A DNA stretch of 21,254 nucleotides from Ginkgo biloba (Eukaryota; Plantae; Ginkgophyta). Below, piece after piece: positions 1 through 12,135 of the stretch (within the stretch, counting starts at the first letter, position 1; each line of letters starts with the position of its first letter). Both the position numbers and the translations under genes were made by a program. The stretch is from NCBI GenBank assembly GCA_024626585.2, contig JANKJI020000002.1, forward strand, positions 117,250,650-117,271,903, read 5' to 3'. The notes below the pieces were generated by a model. The model worked only from the letters and a program-made list of their open reading frames with translations, made no database searches and was not told the origin of the DNA.

Positions 1-59
1 GTTATTACCTTTTCTTACCCCATATTTCTTAATTCTCTTATTATCATAGAATCTCCATT

Positions 60-535
60 TATATTTAGTTTTTACAATAAAGGAAAGTGACATGGGATGC
101 AAGATGCACATCCTATCCCTATATAAGGGATTAGGTCCCTTTATAAAATGGTTCATCCAAACCCATATGTCCTTAATATAATAATCATACCTCAATAACT
201 CATGAATTTCTTCTTCTAATCCTCCAATCCTAACTAACCGTGCTATTAATTATAAAATTCATTTCACTTTTTTTCATAGTACTGCACTATAGAAATTCTA
301 GTTTAAAGTACCTCTTAAATCATTCCCATGGAAAATATCTTTCATCAAACTTGTTCGTGTGTCCATGTGATGGTTCTAATAAATTAATGTTGATCCTTTT
401 AACTATTAATATGTTGGTTGCATCTTATTTTTCTCAAAAAATTCATTATGAGTAACGAGTATTTTTACCCTTTTTAACCAAGATTACACATATTACCCAA
501 CTTGATTGATTCCCTCAAAGTTAGGAGTTTCGACC
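60..535 (-). pseudogene. Decayed gag of a chromovirus-type (Tekay/Del-like) Ty3/gypsy LTR retrotransposon
   Basis: Minus-strand translation across frameshifts and stops gives ETPNFEG...SWLKRVK...LKGSTLIY...WE*FKRYFKLEFL...QYYEKK*NEFY...KKF.ELLRYDYYIKD...HFIKGPNPLYRDRM..LHPMSL, the retrotransposon gag pattern. It lies just downstream (element sense) of a PBS and an LTR. Confidence 0.7.
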
Positions 536-961
536 CTCTACACCATGTTCTACAACCTATTCTCCCTCTTTTTCTGAGGGAATATTTTTGTATCTAACAT
601 AATCCCTCTCTATCTATGATAAAGTGACATAATATCTGTAGACTCCCAGAGATCCTATGGATAATATAATTATAGGATTATAGATATAGGTGTCTATATG
701 TCTAAGGTAGGGCATCCCATACATGAGAGGGATATCCTCTCACAATTCTATGTAAGGAATCCTCTTAATACCATTATGTGAAAAGTATCAATAATAAATT
801 ATCACATCTCATTCTAATGGTCTTGAATGCACCTTGTTACATTGGGTATCCAACTATGGGCACTAGTATCTCTAATGGGATACCCTCAATAGTATATTAA
901 GGAGCATCAACTCCCCTTTATTTATTTACTCAAACATGCATAAATCCTTGTATATTAGTCC

Positions 962-973
962 ACTCTAACACCA
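962..973 (-). promoter_or_regulatory. Degenerate primer-binding site (tRNA-Met type)
   Basis: + strand ACTCTAACACCA vs canonical GCTCTGATACCA (9/12, all transitions), 2 nt from the LTR terminus TGTCATG at 976. Confidence 0.65.
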
Positions 974-975
974 AG

Positions 976-3302
976 TGTCATGTTATATGTGATGATAAAA
1001 AAACTATAAGAAAACAAACATAAGATAAGGTAGGACAAAAATGAATAATACCTTAACATCTTCTAGATGATTAAAAAAAAAAAAATTACCCTATTAAAAA
1101 TAAATAAATACTAATGTAAAGATAAAATAATTCTTCTAATCTTGCTTAGGCAAGATATTTGATTCTCCATAAGATAAATAATTCTTGGTGGAATGTACTT
1201 GTCATCTCCATCTCCCACACATTAATTTCAAGCTAACCTTAGATCTAGAATTATTTTAACATTATTTCTTAACCAACCCTTGATTTTAAATAATTTTTAG
1301 AAATGATTTATTAATACCAGAGTTCAACTTAAGGTTGATGAAATAAGAAAAGAAAGATTGTATATATAAACCCATTTTGTTAATTACTTCTATTTAGAGA
1401 TGAAAAGGTAAAAGAATACTTTGTTAAATTATTAAATTATTAAACTCTTTGTAGTAAATATGAAAATATACATTCTAGCTTAGCCTTGAGAACACACACA
1501 CTTATTTTTCTTTACTCATAATTTAAATCAAAATGAAAAATTGCTAACACTAAGGGTAATAACCATAAGTCTAGATTTATAATTTAGGGATCATCCTAGG
1601 AGAGGGTATGGTAATTACCCTTATTTTGTTTCTACCTTAATTATTTTGATCTATTTTCTTATAATTATAACTAAATNNNNNNNNNNNNNNNNNNNNNNNN
1701 NNNNNNNNNNNNNNNNNNNNNNNNNNNNNNNNNNNNNNNNNNNNNNNNNNNNNNNNNNNNNNNNNNNNNNNNNNNNNNNNNNNNNNNNNNNNNNNNNNNN
1801 NNNNNNNNNNNNNNNNNNNNNNNNNNNNNNNNNNNNNNNNNNNNNNNNNNNNNNNNNNNNNNNNNNNNNNNNNNNNNNNNNNNNNNNNNNNNNNNNNNNN
1901 NNNNNNNNNNNNNNNNNNNNNNNNNNNNNNNNNNNNNNNNNNNNNNNNNNNNNNNNNNNNNNNNNNNNNNNNNNNNNNNNNNNNNNNNNNNNNNNNNNNN
2001 NNNNNNNNNNNNNNNNNNNNNNNNNNNNNNNNNNNNNNNNNNNNNNNNNNNNNNNNNNNNNNNNNNNNNNNNNNNNNNNNNNNNNNNNNNNNNNNNNNNN
2101 NNNNNNNNNNNNNNNNNNNNNNNNNNNNNNNNNNNNNNNNNNCTTAGTTTATATCTTGATATTATTATATTTTATTTTACATCCATCACTATTTATGAAA
2201 ACATATTTACTTAGGATGATTTTTAGAATTTACTTTAAATATTTTATTCTCTTTCTCTCCTAAAATTATAGGGAGAAAAACGTTTTCTAGAATTACATTG
2301 GTTATTAATAACTTTATTAAGGCTATTGATATTTTTTCTTAAGATGAATTTTTTTCCAAGGATATTAATAGTTTTTCCTATAAGAATTCATATAAATTAT
2401 TTTNNNNNNNNNNNNNNNNNNNNNNNNNNNNNNNNNNNNNNNNNNNNNNNNNNNNNNNNNNNNNNNNNNNNNNNNNNNNNNNNNNNNNNNNNNNNNNNNN
2501 NNNNCTTAATTAATAGAAGGAATTTTTAGAAAATCCACCTCTCTATTCCTATATAGCTTCACTTTCCACTCCTCCACTAATCCATTAATTTTGGGAGTCT
2601 TCATTCCCTAGATTCCCTCTTTCATCAATATAAATATAAATAGTGCTCGTAGGGGGTGGAGGAGAGAAATGGGATGATTTATGGGGAAGTTCCCCCCATT
2701 ATCTCAATCTCTATATCATTTTCACCAACTCTCCTACATATAGTATCTCAAATGAAAAATAAGGCATTAAATAATTCATACAAAAAACCTTCACAAAATA
2801 TTTTACACATTACACCTTGGCTTAAGGCATAATGCATAATTCAACATTAAACAACAATGCAATGCACATGATCACTTGATACAATGCATATCTACAAAGA
2901 CACATACTTACACATATGAGGATTTAACCCAACCCCTTGATTCATAACCCATAACCTTCTCTCTAAATATGTATTATGGAAGGAGGAGTAAGGGGTACTC
3001 TTCCTTCTCTAAAACCTTCTCAAATCTACATCTATACATTTTAAGTTTATTATTATAAACCAATTGACATATATAATCATATGATGGTTTTAATTATCAA
3101 TGCTTATGTATCTTAAAATGAAAAATATCTATTATATAATCAAATAGTTACCAAAACAAGAGTACAAGATACCACTCCTAAATAAAATAAATCACATACA
3201 ATGTATATCATTTATACTAGTATGTTTGTAATTATCACCTATTTGAGACCAAACCGAAAAGATCATCTTCAATATGCATCATGGCCTATGTGGTCCATGA
3301 TA
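976..3302 (-). mobile_element. ~2.3-kb 5' LTR (copy A) of the chromovirus-type element
   Basis: Terminal inverted repeats TGTCATG (976) ... CATGATA (3296-3302; CATGACA in copy B); adjacent PBS and gag; colinear similarity to 6976-9282 wherever both are unmasked. Confidence 0.72.
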
Positions 3303-3624
3303 ATTTTATATTTATTCCTTTTGATTTTGTTACTTTTCTATATTTCCTAAAACAAATCTATAATNNNNNNNNNNNNNNNNNNNNNNNNNNNNNNNNNNNN
3401 NNNNNNNNNNNNNNNNNNNNNNNNNNNNNNNNNNNNNNNNNNNNNNNNNNNNNNNNNNNNNNNNGGTGTTTAACTGTGTAGCATTTTGACTATGTTATTT
3501 GAATTTGTCCTATGTTTAAGTATTGTAAAGAATAACTAATTTGTCCCCATTGTAGAGGCATGATAGAAGTCAAACATTAAAAGCCATATTTTATAATGGT
3601 CATGATATTTTCACTAAAGATATA

Positions 3625-3664
3625 GATAGATAGATAGATGGATGGATGGATAGATCGATAGATA
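3625..3664 (+). repeat. Compound tetranucleotide microsatellite (GATA)3(GATG)3 GATA GATC (GATA)2
   Basis: Read directly from the sequence. Confidence 0.9.
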
Positions 3665-3795
3665 TTAAAAACATTTAACGTGCAACTCAATATATAAAAT
3701 GTCATTTTTACGTTTTAAAAGTTTTAATAGATGTCAGAGATCACGGATTAAAAAAAAATTAACCCTTCAAATGACAAAAAAAACACCTAATAACA

Positions 3796-3948
3796 TGCAA
3801 ACGAGTGTCAAATTCTAAGCCTACAACTCAAAAAATATACAAGATTAAAAAATATTTTTGACATAGAACACCCAATGACTTGCAAATGGGTGTCAAATTC
3901 CAAGCATGTAGCCTGATAATGTACAAGATTAAAAATTATTTTTAGCAC
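3796..3948 (+). repeat. Two-copy tandem duplication, ~85-bp period
   Basis: TGCAAAxGxGTGTCAAATTCxAAGC...TACAAGATTAAAAAxTATTTTT occurs twice. Confidence 0.8.
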
Positions 3949-4854
3949 CGATAGGCACTGTTTCTCAATTAACTCCCTGGGCGCAATATCTGTTACTCAA
4001 ACAAAAAGGAAGCATTTCATGGTTTACGGTATCCTTTAGAGGTGTTTAACCCTTGGATAATCCTCAACAAACCTTGGTTATTCCAGTTCACCTCCAAATA
4101 TTCCAAAGAGTTGAGCGTTATGTTAGAGCAATAACAACGGTGAATATTTCACTATTGTCTCCCCCCTATTTGCGTGCATTCTTAAACCGATTACTTCATT
4201 CATTCCATCACACTTTTCCAATATTCGACAAACTCAGAGCATGTGAAGATAGTAACTCAGAAGCAGTAAGGTGAGCTAGCAGGTATATTGCATTCGAAGT
4301 TCTCTATACTATATTATAATTTCATTGCATTCTCATTCCTATTCAATCATGTATGATGTGCATTGTCTAGTGTCGTTTACTAACAATGTCTCTCTTCACT
4401 GTTTATTGGATTTTTTTATTGCCCTAATCGCCTAATGCTTGCAGACATCATCGGGCTTATTTATCATCCCTTTCTAAATTCGAATAATTTTCAATTTTAT
4501 TTTGCTATCATTTTTGAATATTTTTGTTTGCGGTCAATCTTATATTCCGTTACAAACATTCATCGGTTTATCGGGTCCCTTTATCGCCTCTATTTACCCA
4601 GCCTATTTAGAGTTTTATTTTTACTTTTAATTTCCTCTTATTGTTTTACTTTGTTAAAGTTATGGATATTTCTCTTACTGCAGAATGAAATAAATCCTTC
4701 CAAAGGCTGTAAGCATTTTGCTTCTGGTATAGGCAATAAGTGTTGTTTCTCAATTCAAGCTTAGGTGATCCTTTTTGTTTTGCACCCGCAATCCCATTTC
4801 TATAAACCATTGCTCATCTTTTGCCCAATTGGTCATTTCACTACTAAAAAAAAA

Positions 4855-5032
4855 TCATATATATATATTTTATTTCAACACATGCAATCAACAATAAGAA
4901 AGTAATTACAGATACGCTTCTTCATTCCAAACTAGCTAGGAAAAATAAATATGTATATATTTTTTATTTCCACAAATGCAATCAACGATAAGGAAGTAAT
5001 TATAGATACATTTCCTCATTCCAAACTAGCTA
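4855..5032 (+). repeat. Two-copy tandem duplication, 94-bp period
   Basis: TGCAATCAAC at 4883 and 4977; CCAAACTAGCTA at 4927 and 5021. Confidence 0.9.
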
Positions 5033-5862
5033 TGTAAATGAGCTATATGCATTATATATCTCTCTCTCTAGTACTCACAATCTATATTGAAAGGTGGCCA
5101 TAGAGAATAATATAGGCAATATGGATTTCGGTGGAGGAATTCCAGAGGCTGTTATAGGGAAAACTGAAATTCTTAATGGTTGTACTCACTGGGAAACATC
5201 CTAGGTTCCATACACACAAACACCTGAATGTGGTGAAGGGTTGCCACAATGNNNNNNNNNNNNNNNNNNNNNNNNNNTCTCCATTGATTGGTTCTTGGTG
5301 TCTCCATTCCCCCTATGTCGTCTCCATTCTAATGTCGCATCCCTTAATTCTTTCCCTCATAAAAATTTTTTCTTCATCCATTCTAACGTCACAGTTATTA
5401 ATAGACTTTAATATCTATAAATCAATCCATAAACCCACCTTTATGTTCTTATGTTCTGTTGTGTGCATGTTAAATCTCTCGCCATGACTTTTTATTGCAT
5501 TAACAATAAATATGCATAATGAAATATACCTTGAAATAGTTAGTCATTTACATTTCATTTCAATTATGTACATTTCAATAACCAATGGATTTGATTTATT
5601 TTACTTTCAACTCATACAAATTTATGGATTCTTAACTATAAACATTTAGTATAAATATGTTTCATATATCCAAATCATTATTAGTGTATCCATCATTTTT
5701 TTTAGCATGGGATAGAGTAAGCTTTTTAGATAGCAAAGGAATGTTACAAAGAACCTGCACTTNNNNNNNNNNNNNNNNNNNNNNNNNNNNNNNNNNNNNN
5801 NNNNNNNNNNNNNNNNNNNNNNNNNNNNNNNNNNNNNNNNNNNNNNNNNNNNNNNNNNNNNN

Positions 5863-6660
5863 ACTAGTCCCACAAATATAAAAGTGAAACATTGAATCCA
5901 AAGGGTATGCACAAATAACAAACAATCCCACCATCGCATATCCTTCTCCAGGGATGGTTAAGCTAGTGTAGTTTATCTTCAACCCCAATAAGCTAGAAGT
6001 CATACTTTTGATCACTCATAATCACACCTATCATTGTATAAAATGTGTCGAAATAACTCATTGCTCTATTAATAAACTTTGGGATTAAACAAATAGAGAA
6101 AATTAATTCATCAGCAAAGTGATTCTTCAACACCTCTTTCCCCCCCGGTATGTTGATTCCTCTTATTAGTCCCTCAACATTTATAGCCTCTAGTAAGTAA
6201 CCCAACACGTATGTCATAATCATATATAGATAAGGAGTGAGAGGATAACCCTTCCTGATGGACTTGTGAAGAGTAATTCTATTAGTGAGAATTCCATTCA
6301 TAGCAACAAAGGTCAAGGCATTAGAAAATAGGGTCTAAACCATGGAAATAAATCTAGGTCCAAAATTCAGTGAGGAGAGAATATCAGTTATGAAGGACCA
6401 GTCCACTCTATCGTAAGGTTTATCAAAACTAATCTTTAATAACAATACTTCCTACCCTGTCTCCTTAGCCCACTCAACGCTTTCCTAAGCAATGAGNNNN
6501 NNNNNNNNNNNNNNNNNNNCCTCAAATAAAGCTTGTCTGTTTAAGTAGAACAACATAAGATGCAATGTTTTAAATCCTCATTACTAACACCTTTACTAAG
6601 ATCTTATACAACACATTCAACAGTGTAATCAACATCTAATCCCTAATAGTATGATGTACT
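5863..6660 (-). mobile_element. Decayed L1-clade LINE reverse transcriptase (ORF2 fragment)
   Basis: Minus strand reads ITLLNVLYKILVKVLVMRI*...QTSFI...ESVEWAKETG*...KISFDKPYDRVDWSF...SIRKGYPLTPYLY...NHFADE...YLCIPF. These are the LINE RT motifs (ITLLNxxYKI, KLDFEKAYDRVxW, RQGCPLxP, FADD, YLGIP), with stops and the catalytic DD changed to DE (6107-6118). Confidence 0.92.
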
Positions 6661-6975
6661 CACTTGGGGTTGAAGGTTTTATCAAAGTGTTACAAAAGAA
6701 ATTAGAGCAAACTCTAAGGGGGTAATCTCCTTTTGTCAATTGCAATTGATGCAATCTAGTTGTCTGTCCTTTTGTACGGTATATACGACTTGCTATTTTT
6801 TTTAAAACCTCAAGAACATGTAAATGCGTGGATATTAGCGGATTACCATGGGAATGAATTCTCATGAAGCATGCACTTACACAGTACCATGAAAATTGAC
6901 TACACTTCTATGGTACACTCTATAATTTATCAAAAATACAAAAATTAGATTTTGAAATGGTGTGCCTTTTACATG

Positions 6976-9282
6976 AAACATAGGATGAGTTAGGAGGAAA
7001 ATGAATAATTCCTTCACATCCTCTATATCTTATAAAAAATAAAATTTTCCTCTTAAAAATAAATATATAATGATGTAAAGAGAAAATAAGTCTTCTGATC
7101 TCAATTGGGAAGGATCTTAGATTCTACCTAAGATTAATAAATTCTTGGTAGAATATACATGTCATATTCATCTCCCACGCATGGCTTTCATGCTAACCTT
7201 AGAGATAGAATCATTTTAACATGATTACTTAACCAACCCTTAAGTTTAAATAATTTATGGAAATGATTGATTAAGACCATAGTTCAACTTAAGTTTTATG
7301 CAATAAGAAGAGAAAGTTTATATATAAATCGATTTTGTTAATTACTTCTATTTAGAGATGAATATATGAAAGAATATTTTATTAAAATCTTAAAGTGTAG
7401 AACTCTTTATGAAGAAAAGATGACAATATACATTCTAACTTAGCCTCGAGAAGATGCGTAGTTATTTGGATTTACTCATAATTAAAACAAAATAAAAAAT
7501 TGATAACACTAAGGGTAATTACCATAAATTTATATTGATACTTTAGTGATCATTTTAGGGGAGGGTACATGCTAATTCCCCTTATTTTATTTATACATTA
7601 ATTAATATGATGTATTTTCTTACAATTCTAACTTAATAGTAAGAGAAGGCCTATCTCCCCTTGAAATGGTTCTAGAGAAGGAGAATGACCCCTCATGATG
7701 ATATTCTCCTACCAAACATAATAATATGCATATTCGTTTCTCTATATTTCTGTTAATGCAACTACCACTACTAATACTTTTCATTTATGCTTCCTTTCAA
7801 TAGGATTTTTCTAGTTTTCTTAGAGGTTGACTGGTTACTAAGAATGAACTTCTAGTCCATGCGTAGAAATTTTCTACTAGTCTCTATAAAAGGTATTCTC
7901 AATTAAATATTTCATGGGGTGTATAAATAGTTATAATATATCATACTCCTATATGTGATGTTTATCTATAAGGGTTCTACTCTTTTATTTTATACACTGT
8001 TAAAGTGAAGATATCTATCATGTGGGTACACGTTGACCNNNNNNNNNNNNNNNNNNNNNNNNNNNNNNNNNNNNNNNNNNNNNNNNNNNNNNNNNNNNNN
8101 NNNNNNNNNNNNNNNNNNNNNNNNNNNNNNNNNNNNNNNNNNNNNNNNNNNNNNNNNNNNNNNNNNNNNNNNNNNNNNNNNNNNNNNNNNNNNNNNNNNN
8201 NNNNNNNNNNNNNNNNNNNNNNNNNNNNNNNNNNNNNNNNNNNNNNNNNNNNNNNNNNNNATATAAAATTTCATTGGTTATTGATACCTTTACCAAGGTT
8301 ATTAATAATTTTTCTTAGGATAAAATTTTTTCCAAGGCTATTGATGAATTTTCCTATAATAACTCATCCACATTCTTTTTGCATATATAGGAATACCATC
8401 TTTTTATCCTAAACCAAGAAAAAATAATCCCTCCAAAACATGGAGAATTATATCATAAGTGAAAAATGTATGTCTAATCACCTTAGTTAATAGATTAGAG
8501 TTTTAAAATATCCACCTCTCTATTCCTATGTAGATTCTTTTTCCATTCTTCCACTACTCCATTAATTTTGGGAGTCTTTATCCCTAGATTCCCTTTTTTT
8601 ATAAATACAAAAATGGGTAGTGGCCTTAGAGGGTGGAGGAGAGAAATGGGTTGATCTATGGGGAATTTCACCCATTATCTCAACCTCTAAATAAATTTCA
8701 CCAAACCTCCTACATATATAATCTCAAATGAAAAATATGGCATCAAATAATTCACACAAAATACCTTCATAGAATATTTCACACATTACACCTTAGCTTA
8801 GGAATTCATGTGTAATTCAACATTAAACAATAATGGAATTCATATGATCACTTGATATAATTCATATCCACAAACACACATGCTTACATAGATGAGGATT
8901 TGAGCTTTCCCCTTACTTCATCACCCATAACCTTCTCTCTAAGGATGGATTTTAGAAGGAGGGCCCTAGGGTGCCTCCATTTCCCCCTAAAGCTTGCTTA
9001 AATATACACATTTATAGTTTAACTTCATCATTACATATTAATATATAAACTAAATCAAATGATGAGTCTAATATCATCAATGCGCACGTATTTCAAAATG
9101 TAAAGTATTTTCAATCAAACCAAATAACTGCTAGATATGAGTCCAAGATACCATTCCTAAATAAGGTAAACCATGAATAATTTGAATCATGTTTAACAAT
9201 ATGTTTGTAGTCATAATATAATTAATATGAAGATAAATACATCACCCTAATCATGTACCCATGGCCTATGCAGTCCATGACA
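6976..9282 (-). mobile_element. Near-complete solo LTR (copy B) of the same family
   Basis: Colinear with copy A, e.g. ATTTTGTTAATTACTTCTATTTAGAGATGAA, TCCACCTCTCTATTCCTAT and GGGTGGAGGAGAGAAATGGG occur in both. It ends CCATGACA at 9282; the first ~40 bp of copy A are not recognisable here. Confidence 0.75.
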
Positions 9283-9730
9283 ACATAGGACATTCAATGA
9301 TTTTGAGAAATCATTAGTTGAACATGACTATCACCTTTTTGTAGATCCTTTTCAAATAGTAATAAGAAAAAAGTGATAAGAAAAGAAATAGGTTAAAAAA
9401 TGCAATTGGATCTATAAAAAATATAAAACATTAATTGAAAAATATCCTTTAATAAGATAAATAAGTTTTACATCAGACTCTACTAGGCACAATTGAGGGA
9501 TGTTGGTGGCACTCTACTAGTGGCTAACTTTAGACATAATATTTTCAAACTTTATATCAGGCATTAATGGAACAACTTATCCTATTTGGCATACAATTTA
9601 GAATTAGTATATTAAAAAAATTCCAACATATTGATGTGGAGTAAGAAAGAAAGTTTTATAATAGAACATGTATGACCATTCTTAATGTGCTTCCTATAAG
9701 GTTTCTAAACAACTCTAATATGAGTTCTTC
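9100..9730 (+). repeat. Direct repeat, copy 1 (LTR end plus ~450 bp flank); copy 2 at 12537-13172
   Basis: Shared blocks AATTGAAAAATATCCTTT, ACTCTACTAGGCA, GAACAACTTATCCTATTTGGCATACA, AATTCCAACATATTGATGT, TAATGTGCTTCCTATAAGGTT and CTAAACAACTCTAATAT in the same order. Confidence 0.85.
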
Positions 9731-10022
9731 AATACATATTAGATGTAAGATCCTGCATATTAGCTCATGAGAATACAATGGAAAGTTAAAATGTTTCTCC
9801 ACTGTGCATGCAGTGTTGTTCTCAATATTTGCGTGTGTTATGTTTACCTTCACCAGAAACTGTTTTGATCCCCAACAAGTCTCTATTAGATTTGACTATA
9901 GAATTCCTATATTTCTAATAATGATGACCAAAAACCTATTTTTAAACTTATGTATCAGTTAGATTGGTGATACTGACTGTATTGCTGACACAATGCTGTA
10001 AAAACTATTGATATTATTGCAG

Positions 10023-10220
10023 GATATGCTTGGGGACTGGAAAATACATGCACGTGCTCCCGGAGAAAGTCTATCTCTAACAATTTTGGTACACCATCCT
10101 GAATTAGGTAACTATTTCACTGCAAATCTGCAAGCAAAAAAAGTGGAGCGGTCAACAACAAACCCCGAAATATTTTTATGGTTAATGCCCCAAAAAGTGG
10201 GTGTTTGGATATATTGGCAG
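10023..10220 (+). CDS. Internal coding exon (66 codons) of a plant DUF1365-family protein
   Basis: Acceptor ttattgcag|GAT at 10022/10023 and donor CAG|gtaaaa at 10220/10221; 198 nt, phase 0 at both ends, no stops. Translation DMLGDWKIHARAPGESLSLTILVHHPELGNYFTANLQAKKVERSTTNPEIFLWLMPQKVGVWIYWQ matches, from recall, the C-terminal half of plant DUF1365 proteins (SPFM|DMLGxW...HPxLGxYF.A.L...WLMPxKVAxWIYW). The flanking exons (ending ...SPFM; starting ALxLWWK...) were not found in the unmasked window. Confidence 0.88.
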
Positions 10221-11299
10221 GTAAAACTGGCTAATGTTTATATCAAAGGAAAAGTGAACCACTATTCTGTTCTATAACTGATTATTTGTGAGATTTGTTT
10301 TACTTAGAGCTTCATGCAGACAAATTACTTTGTTTGTTGAAGTGTATTTGTTCTCACTCTTGTAATGAAGATTGATTCCTTTCCATTCACTTGCCCTCAC
10401 TTCCAAGCTTTAGTGTTCCCTACACTCTGTATCCTCTGTGAAAATTTTTAATGCCTTACTGCAGTTGTAAATGTAATGGCATCTATTAATGCAGACAGCT
10501 TGGCAGTATTTGATACAGTTACTTTTTTTCTGGGAAAGATAGTTCACTAGGTCAATTCAGATAACTTTGCTTTTTACATTTTCAGTGTCCTTGAGACAAT
10601 GTTGACAATGTTTTGGACACTAAGATACAAGAGTTTTAGGTTTTCTTAGAGGAAGAAGTCTTCAGAAAAACTGTTAGTAACTTTGTTTTTATCAAAAGCC
10701 ATCTATTAATAAACAAAATGAAAGTTAAGAAAGAATACTTTAGAGCCCGGGCATCACCCAACAGTTTAGACCTTCTTCTTTTTAGCAGTACTACTCACAT
10801 TTAAACTCTTATAGGAGATTATATATATGGCCAATTATACTACTGATCGAATGTGCTCTTCCTGTACGAGTTTGGAAAAAGTTGAAAATAAACTTTGGCT
10901 ATCAAGACTTTTACAATATCAAGACCCATTACCATTGTTTTAGTATAGTATCCATTGAAACCAATTGTTGTTTCCTCCCTTGGACCGACTTCCTGCTCTG
11001 CTCATTGCCATGCTCGTGTCCAAGCATCCCTAATGGCACACATTGGTACAAGCAACAAGCTGTTGAATCTGCTTGTGGTAAATCTCGGGTGATATGTCCG
11101 ATTGATGTCTTGCTAGAGTATCAATAGGACTGCAATTTTTGACAAGAAGTTCCCCTTTATTAGCTTACACATGGAATCCTATATTCTGCTCCATGGTCTA
11201 GGTTTGCTAAAATCTTGTCTATTTGATGCCTACTTTGTTCCTGGTAATGACAATAAAAAGAGCAGAAAATTGTTAGGCTTAACTTTTGAGTAGAGATCA

Positions 11300-12135
11300 A
11301 TTATTATTATCAAATAACATGAGGATCAATCTCTTTTGCAAGGCCAAAATAAGCCACCGTTTAAGATTTTTTTCATGATTTAAGGATCCAAATCCCTTAA
11401 ACTTGAGCCTCGAATAATTTTACACTGAATAAAATTTTATTTTATTTCTCTTAAGAGTAGTATAGTACAAAAATAATTTAGAAAATATTTGTGAAGGTTT
11501 GATTTCTTGTAAAATGGGCAAATTGAGCAATTTTTTATGTTTCTTTATGGTTCAAGGCTCCATAACCTTTGGAATTAAATGTCCAATGATTCACCATTAA
11601 AGGAATTTATTTTTTTCTCTTCTCATAAGAAAATTGTGCAAAATAAAAAAATAGATTGTGTTTATAGAGGCTTGATTTGTCTAAAATGGCCAAAATGAGC
11701 CTTTTTTTATTTTATTTTAATGATCCAAGGCCATTGGAATTGATTCACCACTAAAAATTTTTGCATTATAATCCTATTAAAAGTGGAATCATGCACAAAA
11801 AAATTAATATATTTAATTATTCTTATTATATAACATGAGGCTCAATATCCCCTAGAATGTTCAAATTGGCCAAAATTTTATGGTTTTTGTGATTCAAGGA
11901 TGTAATTCACTTAGAATTGAGCATCTAATAATTCATTACCGAAAAAATTTATATCTTGTTCCTCATAAGTGAAACCATAAAAAAACACTTTGGAATGTAT
12001 CTATAAAGGCTTGGATTCTCTTAAAATGACCAAAATGAGCTAACTGTTTAAGGTTTTCTGTGATACAAGGATCTATGGATTTTAGAATGGAGAATCTTAT
12101 GATTTATCACTAAGAAAATATGTATTTTTATGGCT
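11300..12135. repeat. Degenerate ~172-bp tandem repeat, about 5 units
   Basis: Motif GGCCAAAATGAGC and variants at 11342, 11516, 11688, 11859 and 12028 (spacings 174, 172, 171, 169), each followed ~32 nt later by a TGATTCAAGG variant. Confidence 0.85.

Noticed and set aside
1646-2263. 205-aa ORF and all other X-filled ORFs in the track
   Set aside because: They are open only because N runs contain no stop codons.
4053-4764. 73-aa and 109-aa ORFs
   Set aside because: No recognisable similarity; the second is a T-rich, intron-like translation.
6736-6749. 14-bp palindrome TCAATTGCAATTGA
   Set aside because: Plausible by chance in AT-rich DNA; no supporting context.
7130-7230. Plant mobile domain-like motif (HAWEMNMTCIFYQE, minus strand)
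   Set aside because: The resemblance is too short and is not supported by copy A or flanking residues.
10008-10277. 89-aa ORF as a complete gene
   Set aside because: Only 10023-10220 resembles DUF1365; the flanks are intron read-through beyond canonical splice sites.
10882-11127. Cys-rich 81-aa ORF, possible next exon
   Set aside because: TTG start, no expected ALxLWWK motif in the frames I read, and no convincing splice sites.
11300-12135. CRISPR-like array or other prokaryotic system
   Set aside because: Units are similar along their whole length with no unique spacers; the context is eukaryotic and there are no cas-like genes.
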